Shown piece by piece: positions 17,200-31,769 of a DNA stretch of 64,000 bases. Source of the DNA: Eledone cirrhosa (lineage: Eukaryota); NCBI GenBank assembly GCA_964016885.1, contig OZ024743.1:149048001-149112000 (forward strand), given 5' to 3'. The notes beneath the pieces are model-generated. The model was not told where the DNA came from and did no database searches. It worked only from the letters and a program-made list of their open reading frames with translations. Each line of letters opens with the position of its first letter. The stretch's first letter is position 1. The translations under genes were made by a program, and so were the position numbers.

Positions 17200-20100
17200 C
17201 CACCACCAGTAACACCACCTCAACTACCACCACCACCAGCAACACCACCTCAACTACCACCACCACCACCAGTAACATCACCTCAACTACCACCACCACC
17301 AGTACCATCACCTCAACTACCACCACCACCAGTAACATCACCTCAACCACCAACACCACCAGTAACATCACCTAAACTACCACCACCACCAGTAACATCA
17401 CCTCAACTACCACCACCACCAGTAACATCACCTCAACCACCACCACCACCAGTAACATCACCTAAACTACCACCACCACCAGTAACAACATCACCTCAAC
17501 TACCACCACCACCAGTAACAACATCATCTCAACTACCACCACCACCACCACCAGTAACATCACCTCAACCACCACCACCACCAGTAACATCACCTCAACT
17601 ACCACCACCACCAGTAACAACATCACCTCAACTACCACCACCACCAGTAACATCACCTCAACTACCACCACCACCAGTAACCTCACCTCAACTACCACCA
17701 CCACCAATAACAACATCACCTCAACTACCACCACCACTAGTAACATCACCTCAACAACCACAACCACCAGTAACATCACCTCAACTACCACCACCACCAG
17801 TAACATCACCTCAACCACCACAACCACCAGTAACATCACCTCAACTAACACCACCACCAGTAACATCACCTCAACTACCACCACCACCAGTAACATCACC
17901 TCAACTACCATCACCACCAGTAACATCACCTCAACTACCACCACCACCAGTAACATCACCTCAACTACCACCACCACCAGTAACATCACCTCAACTACCA
18001 CCACCACCAAAAACATCACCTCAACCACCACCACCACCAGTAACAACATCACCTCAACTACCACCACCACCAGTAACACCACCTCAACTACCACCACCAC
18101 CAGCAACACCACCTCAACTACCACCACCACCACCAGTAACATCACCTCAACTACCACCACCACCAGTACCATCACCTCAACTACCACCACCACCAGTACC
18201 ATCACCTCAACTATCACAACCACCAGTAACAACATCACCTCAACTACCATCACTACCAGTAACATCACCGCAACTACCACCACCACCAGTAACAACATCA
18301 CCTCAACTACCACCACCACCAATAACATCACCTCAACTACCACCACCACCAGTACCATCACCTCAACTACCACCACCACCAGTAACATCACCTCAACTAC
18401 CACCACCACCAGTAACAACACCTCAACTACCACCACCACCAGTAAAATCACCTCAACTACCACCACCACCAGTAACATCACGTCAACCACCACCACCACC
18501 AGTAACATCACCTCAACTACCACCACCACCAGTAACAACACCTCAACTACCACCACCACCACCAGTAACAACACCTCAACTACCACCACCACCAGTAACA
18601 ACATCACCTCAACTACCACCACCACCAGTAACATCACCTCAACTACCACAACCACCAGTAACATCACCTCAACCACCACCACCAGTAACATCACCTCAAC
18701 TACCACCACCACTAGTAACATCACCTCAACTACCACCACCACCAGTAACAACATCACCTCAACTACCACCACCACCAGTACCATCACCTCAACTACCACC
18801 ACCACCAGTAACACCACCTCAACTACCACCACCACCAGCAACACCACCTCAACTACCACCACCACCACCAGTAACATCACCTCAACTACCACCACCACCA
18901 GTACCATCACCTCAACTACCACCACCACCAGTAACATCACCTCAACCACCAACACCACCAGTAACATCACCTAAACTACCACCACCACCAGTAACATCAC
19001 CTCAACTACCACCACCACCAGTAACATCACCTCAACCACCACCACCACCAGTAACATCACCTAAACTACCACCACCACCAGTAACAACATCACCTCAACT
19101 ACCACCACCACCAGTAACAACATCATCTCAACTACCACCACCACCACCACCAGTAACATCACCTCAACCACCACCACCACCAGTAACATCACCTCAACTA
19201 CCACCACCACCAGTAACAACATCACCTCAACTACCACCACCACCAGTAACATCACCTCAACTACCACCACCACCAGTAACCTCACCTCAACTACCACCAC
19301 CACCAATAACAACATCACCTCAACTACCACCACCACTAGTAACATCACCTCAACCACCACAACCACCAGTAACATCACCTCAACTACCACCACCACCAGT
19401 AACATCACCTCAACCACCACAACCACCAGTAACATCACCTCAACTAACACCACCACCAGTAACATCACCTCAACTACCACCACCACCAGTAACATCACCT
19501 CAACTACCATCACCACCAGTAACATCACCTCAACTACCACCACCACCAGTAACATCACCTCAACTACCACCACCACCAGTAACATCACCTCAACTACCAC
19601 CACCACCAGTAACATCACCTCAACCACCACCACCACCAGTAACAACATCACCTCAACTACCACCACCACCAGTAACACCACCTCAACTACCACCACCACC
19701 AGCAACACCACCTCAACTACCACCACCACCACCAGTAACATCACCTCAACTACCACCACCACCAGTACCATCACCTCAACTACCACCACCACCAGTACCA
19801 TCACCTCAACTATCACAACCACCAGTAACAACATCACCTCAACTACCATCACTACCAGTAACATCACCGCAACTACCACCACCACCAGTAACAACATCAC
19901 CTCAACTACCACCACCACCACCAGTAACAACATCACCTCAAATACCACCACCACCAATAACATCACCTCAACTACCACCACCACAAGTACCATCACCTCA
20001 ACTACCACCACCACCAGTAACATCACCTCAACTACCACCACCACCAGTAACATCACCTCAACTACCACAACCACCAGTAACATCACCTCAACCACCACCA

Positions 20101-22760
20101 CCACTAGTAACATCACCTCAACTACCACCACCACCAGTAACACCACCTCAACTACCACCACCACCAGCAACACCACCTCAACTACCACCACCACCACCAG
20201 TAACATCACCTCAACTACCACCACCACCAGTACCATCACCTCAACTACCACCACCACCAGTAACAACATCACCTCAACTACCACCACCACCAGTACCATC
20301 ACCTCAACTACCACCACCACCAGTAACACCACCTCAACTACCACCACCACCAGCAACACCACCTCAACTACCACCACCACCACCAGTAACATCACCTCAA
20401 CTACCACCACCACCAGTACCATCACCTCAACTACCACCACCACCAGTAACATCACCTCAACCACCAACACCACCAGTAACATCACCTAAACTACCACCAC
20501 CACCAGTAACATCACCTCAACTACCACCACCACCAGTAACATCACCTCAACCACCACCACCACCAGTAACATCACCTAAACTACCACCACCACCAGTAAC
20601 AACATCACCTCAACTACCACCACCACCAGTAACAACATCATCTCAACTACCACCACCACCACCACCAGTAACATCACCTCAACCACCACCACCACCAGTA
20701 ACATCACCTCAACTACCACCACCACCAGTAACAACATCACCTCAACTACCACCACCACCAGTAACATCACCTCAACTACCACCACCACCAGTAACCTCAC
20801 CTCAACTACCACCACCACCAATAACAACATCACCTCAACTACCACCACCACTAGTAACATCACCTCAACCACCACAACCACCAGTAACATCACCTCAACT
20901 ACCACCACCACCAGTAACATCACCTCAACCACCACAACCACCAGTAACATCACCTCAACTAACACCACCACCAGTAACATCACCTCAACTACCACCACCA
21001 CCAGTAACATCACCTCAACTACCATCACCACCAGTAACATCACCTCAACTACCACCACCACCAGTAACATCACCTCAACTACCACCACCACCAGTAACAT
21101 CACCTCAACTACCACCACCACCAGTAACATCACCTCAACCACCACCACCACCAGTAACAACATCACCTCAACTACCACCACCACCAGTAACACCACCTCA
21201 ACTACCACCACCACCAGCAACACCACCTCAACTACCACCACCACCACCAGTAACATCACCTCAACTACCACCACCACCAGTACCATCACCTCAACTACCA
21301 CCACCACCAGTACCATCACCTCAACTATCACAACCACCAGTAACAACATCACCTCAACTACCATCACTACCAGTAACATCACCGCAACTACCACCACCAC
21401 CAGTAACAACATCACCTCAACTACCACCACCACCACCAGTAACAACATCACCTCAAATACCACCACCACCAATAACATCACCTCAACTACCACCACCACA
21501 AGTACCATCACCTCAACTACCACCACCACCAGTAACATCACCTCAACTACCACCACCACCAGTAACATCACCTCAACTACCACAACCACCAGTAACATCA
21601 CCTCAACCACCACCACCACTAGTAACATCACCTCAACTACCACCACCACCAGTAACAACATCACCTCAACTACCACCACCACCAGTAACATCACTTTAAC
21701 TACCACCACCACCAGTAACAACATCACCTCAACTACCACCACCACCAATAACATCACCTCAACTACCACCACCACAAGTACCATCACCTCAACTACCACC
21801 ACCACCAGTAACATCACCTCAACTACCACCACCACCAGTAACAACACCTCGACTACCACCACCACCAGTAACAACACCTCAACTACCACCACCACCAGTA
21901 ACATCACCTCAACTACCACCACCACCAGTAACATCATCTCAACTACCACCACCACCACCACCAGTAACATCACCTCAACCACCACCATCACCAGTAACAA
22001 CATCACCTCAACCACCACCACCACCAGTAACATCACCTCACCACCACCACCACCAGTAACATCACCTCAACTACCACCACCACCAGTAACATCACCTCAA
22101 CTACCACCACCACCAGTAACAACATCACCTCAACTACCACCACCACCAGTAACATCACCTCAACTACCACCACCACCACCAACAGTAACATCACCTCAAC
22201 TACCACCACCACCAGTAACAACATCACCTCAACTACCACCACCACCAGTAACATCACCTCAACTACCACCACCACCAGTAACATCACCTCAACTACCACC
22301 ACCACCAGTAACATCACCTCAACTACCACCACCACCAGTAACAACATCACCTCAACTACCACCACCACCAGTAACATCACCTCAACTACCACCACCACCA
22401 GTAACATCACCTCAACTACCACCACCACCAGTAACATCACCTCAACCACCACCACCACCAGTAACAACATCACCTCAACTACCACCACCACCAGTAACAC
22501 CACCTCAACTACCACCACCACCAGCAACACCACCTCAACTACCACCACCACCACCAGTAACATCACCTCAACTACCACCACCACCAGTACCATCACCTCA
22601 ACTACCACCACCACCAGTAACATCACCTCAACCACCAACACCACCAGTAACATCACCTAAACTACCACCACCACCAGTAACATCACCTCAACTACCACCA
22701 CCACCAGTAACATCACCTCAACCACCACCACCACCAGTAACATCACCTAAACTACCACCA
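17200..22760 (+). repeat. Series of 1.5-2.2-kb higher-order repeats, each headed by a pair of CCTAAA variant monomers 90 bp apart
   Basis: TAA pairs at 17373/17463, 18972/19062, 20487/20577 and 22658/22748 (offsets 1599, 1515, 2171), each followed by the same variant order (ATCATCTCA, AACCTCACC, AATAACAAC, ACTAGT, ACTAAC, ACCATC, AACACC/AGCAACACC). Confidence 0.9.
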
Positions 22761-25700
22761 CCACCAGTAACAACATCACCTCAACTACCACCACCACCAG
22801 TAACAACATCATCTCAACTACCACCACCACCAGTAACATCACCTCAACTACCACCACCACCAGTAACCTCACCTCAACTACCACCACCACCAATAACAAC
22901 ATCACCTCAACTACCACCACCACTAGTAACATCACCTCAACCACCACAACCACCAGTAACATCACCTCAACTACCACCACCACCAGTAACATCACCTCAA
23001 CCACCACAACCACCAGTAACATCACCTCAACTAACACCACCACCAGTAACATCACCTCAACTACCACCACCACCAGTAACATCACCTCAACTACCATCAC
23101 CACCAGTAACATCACCTCAACTACCACCACCACCAGTAACATCACCTCAACTACCACCACCACCAGTAACATCACCTCAACCACCACCACCACCAGTAAC
23201 ATCACCTCAACTACCACCACCACCAGTAACATCACCTCAACCACCACCACCACCAGTAACAACATCACCTCAACTACCACCACCACCAGTAACACCACCT
23301 CAACTACCACCACCACCAGCAACACCACCTCAACTACCACCACCACCACCAGTAACATCACCTCAACTACCACCACCACCAGTACCATCACCTCAACTAC
23401 CACCACCACCAGTAACATCACCTCAACTACCACCACCACCACCGGTAACATCACCTCAACTACCACCACCACCAGTAACATCACCTCAACTACCACCACC
23501 ACCAGCAACACCACCTCAACTACCACCACCACCACCGGTAACATTACCTCAACTACCACCACCACCAGTACCATCACCTCAACTACCACCACCACCAGCA
23601 ACACCACCTCAACTACCACCACCACCACCGGTAACATCACCTCAACTACCACCACCACCAGTAACATCACCTCAACTACCACCACCACCATTAACATCAC
23701 CTCAACTACCACCACCACCAATATCATCACCTCAAGCACCACCTCTACCGGTAAAATCAATACCTCAAATACTACCACCACCAGTAACATCACCTCAACT
23801 ACCACCACCACCAGTAACATCACCTCAACCACCACCACCACCAGTAACATCACCTCAACTACCACCACCACCAGTAACAACATCACCTCAACTACCACCA
23901 CCACCAGTAACAACATCATCTCAACTACCACCACCACCACCACCAGTAACATCACCTCAACCACCACCACCACCAGTAACAACATCACCTCAACCACCAC
24001 CACCACCAGTAACATCACCTCAACTAACACCACCACCAGTAACATCGCCTCAACCACCACCACCACCAGTAACATCACCTCAACTACCACCACCACCAGT
24101 AACATCACCTCAAGTACCACCACCACCAGTAACATCACCTCAACTACCACCACCACAAGTAACAACACCTCAACTACCACCACCACCAGTAACATCACCT
24201 CAACTACCACCACCACCTGTAACATCACCTCAACTACCACCACCACAAGTAACATCACCTCAACCACCACAACCACCAGTAACATCACCTCAACTACCAT
24301 CACCACCAGTAACATCACCTCAACTACCACCACCACAAGTAACATCACCTCAACTACCACCACCACCAGTAACATCACCTCAACCACCACCACCACCAGT
24401 AACAGCACCTCAACTACCACCACCACCAGTAACATCACCTCAACTACCACCACCACCAGTAACATCACCTCAGCTACCACCACCACCAGTAACATCAACT
24501 CAACTACCACCACCACCAGTAACATCACCTCAACTACCACCACAACCACGAGTAACATCACCTCAACTACCACAACCACCAGTAACATCACCTCAACTAC
24601 CACCACCACCAGTAACGACACCTCAACTACCACCACCACCAGTAACATCACCTCAACTACCACCACCACCAGTAACATCACCTCAACTACCACCACCACC
24701 AGTAACATCACCTCAACTACCACCACCACCAGTAACATCACCTCAACTACCACCACCACCAGTAACAGCACCTCAACCACCACCACCACCACTAACAACA
24801 GCACCTCAACTACCACCACCACCAGTAACATCACCTCAACTACCACCACCACCAGTAACATCACCTCAGCTACCACCACCACCAGTAACATCACCTCAAC
24901 TACCACCACCACCAGTAACAGCACCTCAACCACCACCACCACCACTAACAACAGCACCTCAACTACCACCACCACCAATAACATCACCTCAACTACCACC
25001 ACCACAAGTACCATCACCTCAACTACCACCACCACCAGTAACATCACCTCAACTACCACCACCACCAGTAACAACACCTCGACTACCACCACCACCAGTA
25101 ACAACACCTCAACTACCACCACCACCAGTAACATCACCTCAACTACCACCACCACCAGTAACATCATCTCAACTACCACCACCACCACCACCAGTAACAT
25201 CACCTCAACCACCACCATCACCAGTAACAACATCACCTCAACCACCACCACCACCAGTAACATCACCTCACCACCACCACCACCAGTAACATCACCTCAA
25301 CTACCACCACCACCAGTAACATCACCTCAACTACCACCACCACCAGTAACAACATCACCTCAACTACCACCACCACCAGTAACATCACCTCAACTACCAC
25401 CACCACCACCACCAGTAACATCACCTCAACTACCACCACCACCAGTAACAACATCACCTCAACTACCACCACCACCAGTAACATCACCTCAACTACCACC
25501 ACCACCAGTAACATCACCTCAACTACCACCACCACCAGTAACATCACCTCAACTACCACCACCACCAGTAACAACATCACCTCAACTACCACCACCACCA
25601 GTAACATCACCTCAACTACCACCACCACCAGTAACATCACCTCAACTACCACCACCACCAGTAACATCACCTCAACCACCACCACCACCAGTAACAACAT

Positions 25701-28207
25701 CACCTCAACTACCACCACCACCAGTAACACCACCTCAACTACCACCACCACCAGCAACACCACCTCAACTACCACCACCACCACCAGTAACATCACCTCA
25801 ACTACCACCACCACCAGTATAATCACCTCAACTACCACCACCACCAGTAACATCACCTCAACCACCAACACCACCAGTAACATCACCTAAACTACCACCA
25901 CCACCAGTAACATCACCTCAACTACCACCACCACCAGTAACATCACCTCAACCACCACCACCACCAGTAACATCACCTAAACTACCACCACCACCAGTAA
26001 CAACATCACCTCAACTACCACCACCACCAGTAACAACATCATCTCAACTACCACCACCACCAGTAACATCACCTCAACTACCACCACCACCAGTAACCTC
26101 ACCTCAACTACCACCACCACCAATAACAACATCACCTCAACTACCACCACCACTAGTAACATCACCTCAACCACCACAACCACCAGTAACATCACCTCAA
26201 CTACCACCACCACCAGTAACATCACCTCAACCACCACAACCACCAGTAACATCACCTCAACTAACACCACCACCAGTAACATCACCTCAACTACCACGAC
26301 CACCAGTAACATCACCTCAACTACCATCACCACCAGTAACATCACCTCAACTACCACCACCACCAGTAACATCACCTCAACTACCACCACCACCAGTAAC
26401 ATCACCTCAACCACCACCACCACCAGTAACATCACCTCAACTACCACCACCACCAGTAACATCACCTCAACCACCACCACCACCAGTAACAACATCACCT
26501 CAACTACCACCACCACCAGTAACACCACCTCAACTACCACCACCACCAGCAACACCACCTCAACTACCACCACCACCACCAGTAACATCACCTCAACTAC
26601 CACCACCACCAGTACCATCACCTCAACTACCACCACCACCAGTAACATCACCTCAACTACCACCACCACCACCGGTAACATCACCTCAACTACCACCACC
26701 ACCAGTAACATCACCTCAACTACCACCACCACCAGCAACACCACCTCAACTACCACCACCACCACCGGTAACATTACCTCAACTACCACCACCACCAGTA
26801 CCATCACCTCAACTACCACCACCACCAGCAACACCACCTCAACTACCACCACCACCACCGGTAACATCACCTCAACTACCACCACCACCAGTAACATCAC
26901 CTCAACTACCACCACCACCATTAACATCACCTCAACTACCACCACCACCAATATCATCACCTCAAGCACCACCTCTACCGGTAAAATCAATACCTCAAAT
27001 ACTACCACCACCAGTAACATCACCTCAACTACCACCACCACCAGTAACATCACCTCAACCACCACCACCACCAGTAACATCACCTCAACTACCACCACCA
27101 CCAGTAACAACATCACCTCAACTACCACCACCACCAGTAACAACATCATCTCAACTACCACCACCACCACCACCAGTAACATCACCTCAACCACCACCAC
27201 CACCAGTAACAACATCACCTCAACCACCACCACCACCAGTAACATCACCTCAACTAACACCACCACCAGTAACATCACCTCAACCACCACCACCACCAGT
27301 AACATCACCTCAACTACCACCACCACCAGTAACATCACCTCAAGTACCACCACCACCAGTAACATCACCTCAACTACCACCACCACAAGTAACAACACCT
27401 CAACTACCACCACCACCAGTAACATCACCTCAACTACCACCACCACCTGTAACATCACCTCAACTACCACCACCACAAGTAACATCACCTCAACCACCAC
27501 AACCACCAGTAACATCACCTCAACTACCATCACCACCAGTAACATCACCTCAACTAACACCACCACAAGTAACATCACCTCAACTACCACCACCACCAGT
27601 AACATCACCTCAACCACCACCACCACCAGTAACAGCACCTCAACTACCACCACCACCAGTAACATCACCTCAACTACCACCACCACCAGTAACATCACCT
27701 CAGCTACCACCACCACCAGTAACATCAACTCAACTACCACCACCACCAGTAACATCACCTCAACTACCACCACAACCACGAGTAACATCACCTCAACTAC
27801 CACAACCACCAGTAACATCACCTCAACTACCACCACCACCAGTAACGACACCTCAACTACCACCACCACCAGTAACATCACCTCAACTACCACCACCACC
27901 AGTAACATCACCTCAACTACCACCACCACCAGTAACATCACCTCAACTACCACCACCACCAGTAACATCACCTCAACTACCACCACCACCAGTAACAGCA
28001 CCTCAACCACCACCACCACCACTAACAACAGCACCTCAACTACCACCACCACCAGTAACATCACCTCAACTACCACCACCACCAGTAACATCACCTCAGC
28101 TACCACCACCACCAGTAACATCACCTCAACTACCACCACCACCAGTAACAGCACCTCAACCACCACCACCACCACTAACAACAGCACCTCAACTACCACC
28201 ACCACCA
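21731..28207 (+). repeat. Higher-order tandem duplication, period 3230 bp (~21731-24960 and ~24961-28207)
   Basis: Markers at +3230: TCTACCGGT 23744/26974, TAA 22658/25888 and 22748/25978, ACTAACAACAGC units near 24780/28010. A few private substitutions distinguish the copies (ATCGCC ~24044 vs ATCACC; AGTACCATC ~22586 vs AGTATAATC ~25816). Confidence 0.94.
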
Positions 28208-31200
28208 GTAACATCACCTCAACTACCACCACCACCAGTAACATCACCTCAGCTACCACCACCACCAGTAACATCACCTCAACTACCACCACCACCAGTA
28301 ACATCACCTCAACTACCACCACCACCAGTACCATCACCTCAACTATCACAACCACCAGTAACAACATCACCTCAACTACCACCACCACCAGTAACATCAC
28401 CTCAACTACCACCACCACCAGTAACATCACCCCAACTACCACCACCACCAGTAACATCACCTCAGCTACCACCACCACCAGTAACATCACCTCAACTACC
28501 ACCACCACCAGTAACATCACCTCAACTACCACCACCACCAGTACCATCACCTCAACTATCACAACCACCAGTAACAACATCACCTCAACTACCACCACCA
28601 CCAGTAACATCACCTCAGCTACCACTACCACCAGTAACATCACCTCAACTACCACCACTACCAGTAACAACACCTCAACTACCACCACCACCAGTAACAT
28701 CACCGCAACTACCACCACCACCAGTAACAACATCACCTCAACTACCACCACCACCAATAACATCACCTCAACTACCACCACCACCAGTACCATCACCTCA
28801 ACTACCACCACCACCAGTAACATCACCTCAACTACCACCACCACCAGTAACAACACCTCAACTACCACCACCACCAGTAAAATCACCTCAACTACCACCA
28901 CCACCAGTAACATCACGTCAACCACCACCACCACCAGTAACATCACCTCAACTACCACCACCACCAGTAACAACACCTCAACTACCACCACCACCAGTAA
29001 CAACACCTCAACTACCACCACCACCAGTAACAACATCACCTCTCTACCATCACCACCAGTAACATCACCTCAACTACCACCACCACCACCAGTAACATCA
29101 CCTCAACTACCACAACCACCAGTAACATCACCTCAACCACCACCACCACCAGTAACATCACCTCAACTACCACCACCACTAGTAACATCACCTCAACTAC
29201 CACCACCACCAGTAACAACATCACCTCAACTACCACCACCACCAGTAACATCACCACAACTACCACCACCACCAGTAACAACATCACCTCAACTAGCACC
29301 ACCACTAGTAACATCACCTCAACTACCACCACCACTAGTAACATCACCTCAACTTCCACCACCACCAGTAACATCACCTCAACTACCACCATCACCAGTA
29401 ACAACATCACCTCAACTAGCACCACCACTAGTAACATCACCTCAACTACCACCACCACCAGTAACATCACCTCAACTAAAACCACCACCAGTAACATCAC
29501 CTCAACTACCACCACCACCATTAACATCACCTCAACTAAAACCACCACCAGTAACATCACATCAACCACCACCAGTAACAACATCACCTCAACTACCACC
29601 ACCACCAGTAACATCACCTCAACTACCACCACCACCAGTAACGTCACATCAACCACCACCAGTAACAACATCACCTCCACTGCCACCACCACCAGTAACA
29701 TCACCTCAACTACCACCACCACCAGTAACATCACCTCAACTACCACCACCACCAGTAACAACATCACCTCAACTACCACCACCACCAGTAACATCCCCTC
29801 AACTACCACCACCACCACCAGTAACATCACCTCAACTACCACCAGCACCACCAGTAACATCACCTCAACTACCACCAGCACCACCAGTAGCATCACCTCA
29901 ACTACCACCACCACCAGTAACATCACCTCAACTGCCACCACCACCAGTAACATCACCTCAACTACCACCCCCACCAGTAACATCACCTCAACCACCACCA
30001 CCACCAGTAACAACATCACCTCAACTACCACCATCACCAGTAACATCACCTCAACTACCACCACCACCAGTAACAACACCTCAACTACCACCACCACCAG
30101 TAACAACATCACCTCAACTACCACCACCACCAGTAACATCACCTCAACTACCACCACCACCAGTAACATCACCTCAACTTCCACCACCGCCAGTAACATC
30201 ACCTCAACTACCACCACCACTAGTAACATCACCTCAAATACCACCACCACCAGTAACATCACCTCAACTACTACCACAACCAGTAACATCACCTCAACTA
30301 CCACCACCACCAGTAACATCACCTCAACTGCCACCACCACCAGTAACATCACCTCAACTACCACCACCACCAGTAACATCACCTCAACCACCACCACCAC
30401 CAGTAACATCACCTCAACTACCACCACCACCAGTAACAACATCACCTCAACCACCACCACCAGTAACATCACCCCAACTACCACCACCACCAGTAACATC
30501 ACCTCAACCACCGCCACCACCAGTAACAACATCACCTCAACCACCACCACCAGTAACATCACCCCAACTACCACCACCACCAGTAACATCACCTCAACCA
30601 CCACCACCAGTAACATAACCTCAACTACCACCACCACCAGTAACAACATCACCTCAACTACCACCAACAGTAACATCACCCCAACTACCACCACCACCAG
30701 TAACATAACCTGAACTACCACCACCACCAGTAACAACATCACCTCAACTACCACCACCACCAATAACATCACCCCAACTACCACCACCACCAGTAACATA
30801 ACCTCAACTACCACCACCACCAGTAACAACATCACCTCAACTACCACCACCACCAGTAACATCACCTCAACTACCACCACCACCAGTAACATCACCTCAA
30901 CTACCACCACCACCAGTAACAACATCACCTCAACTACCACCACCACCAGTAACAACATCACCTCAACTACCACCACCACCAGTAACAACATCACCCCAAC
31001 TACCACCACCACCAGTAACATCACCTCAACCACCACCATCATCAGTAACATCACCTCAACTACCACCACCACCACCAGTAACATCACCTCAACTACCACC
31101 ACCACCAGTAACAACATCACCTCAACTACCACCACCACCAGTAACAACATCACCTCAACTACCACCACCACCACCACAAGTAACATCACCTCAACTACCA

Positions 31201-31769
31201 CCAGCACCAGTAACATCACCTCAACTACCACCACCACCAGTAACATCACCTCAACTACCACCACCACCAGTAACATCAACTCAACTGCCACCACCACCAG
31301 TAACATCAACTCAACTACCACCACCACCAGTAACATCACCTCAACTACCACCACCACCAGTACATCACCTCAACTACCACCACCACCGGTAACATCACCT
31401 CAACTACCACCACCACCAGTAACATCACCTCAACTACCACCACCACCAGTAACATCACCTCAACTACCACCACCACCGGTAACATCACCTCAACTACCAC
31501 CACCACCAGTAACAACACCTCAACTACCACCACCACCAGTAACATCACCTCAACCACCACCATCACCAGTAACATCACCTCAACCACCACCACCACCAGT
31601 AACATCACCTCAACTACCACCACCACCAGTAACATCACCTCAACTACCACCACCACCAGTAACATCACCTCAACTACCACCACCACCAGTAACATCACCT
31701 CAACTACCACCACCACCAAGTACATCACCTCAACTACCACCACCACCAGTAACAACACCTCAACTACCA

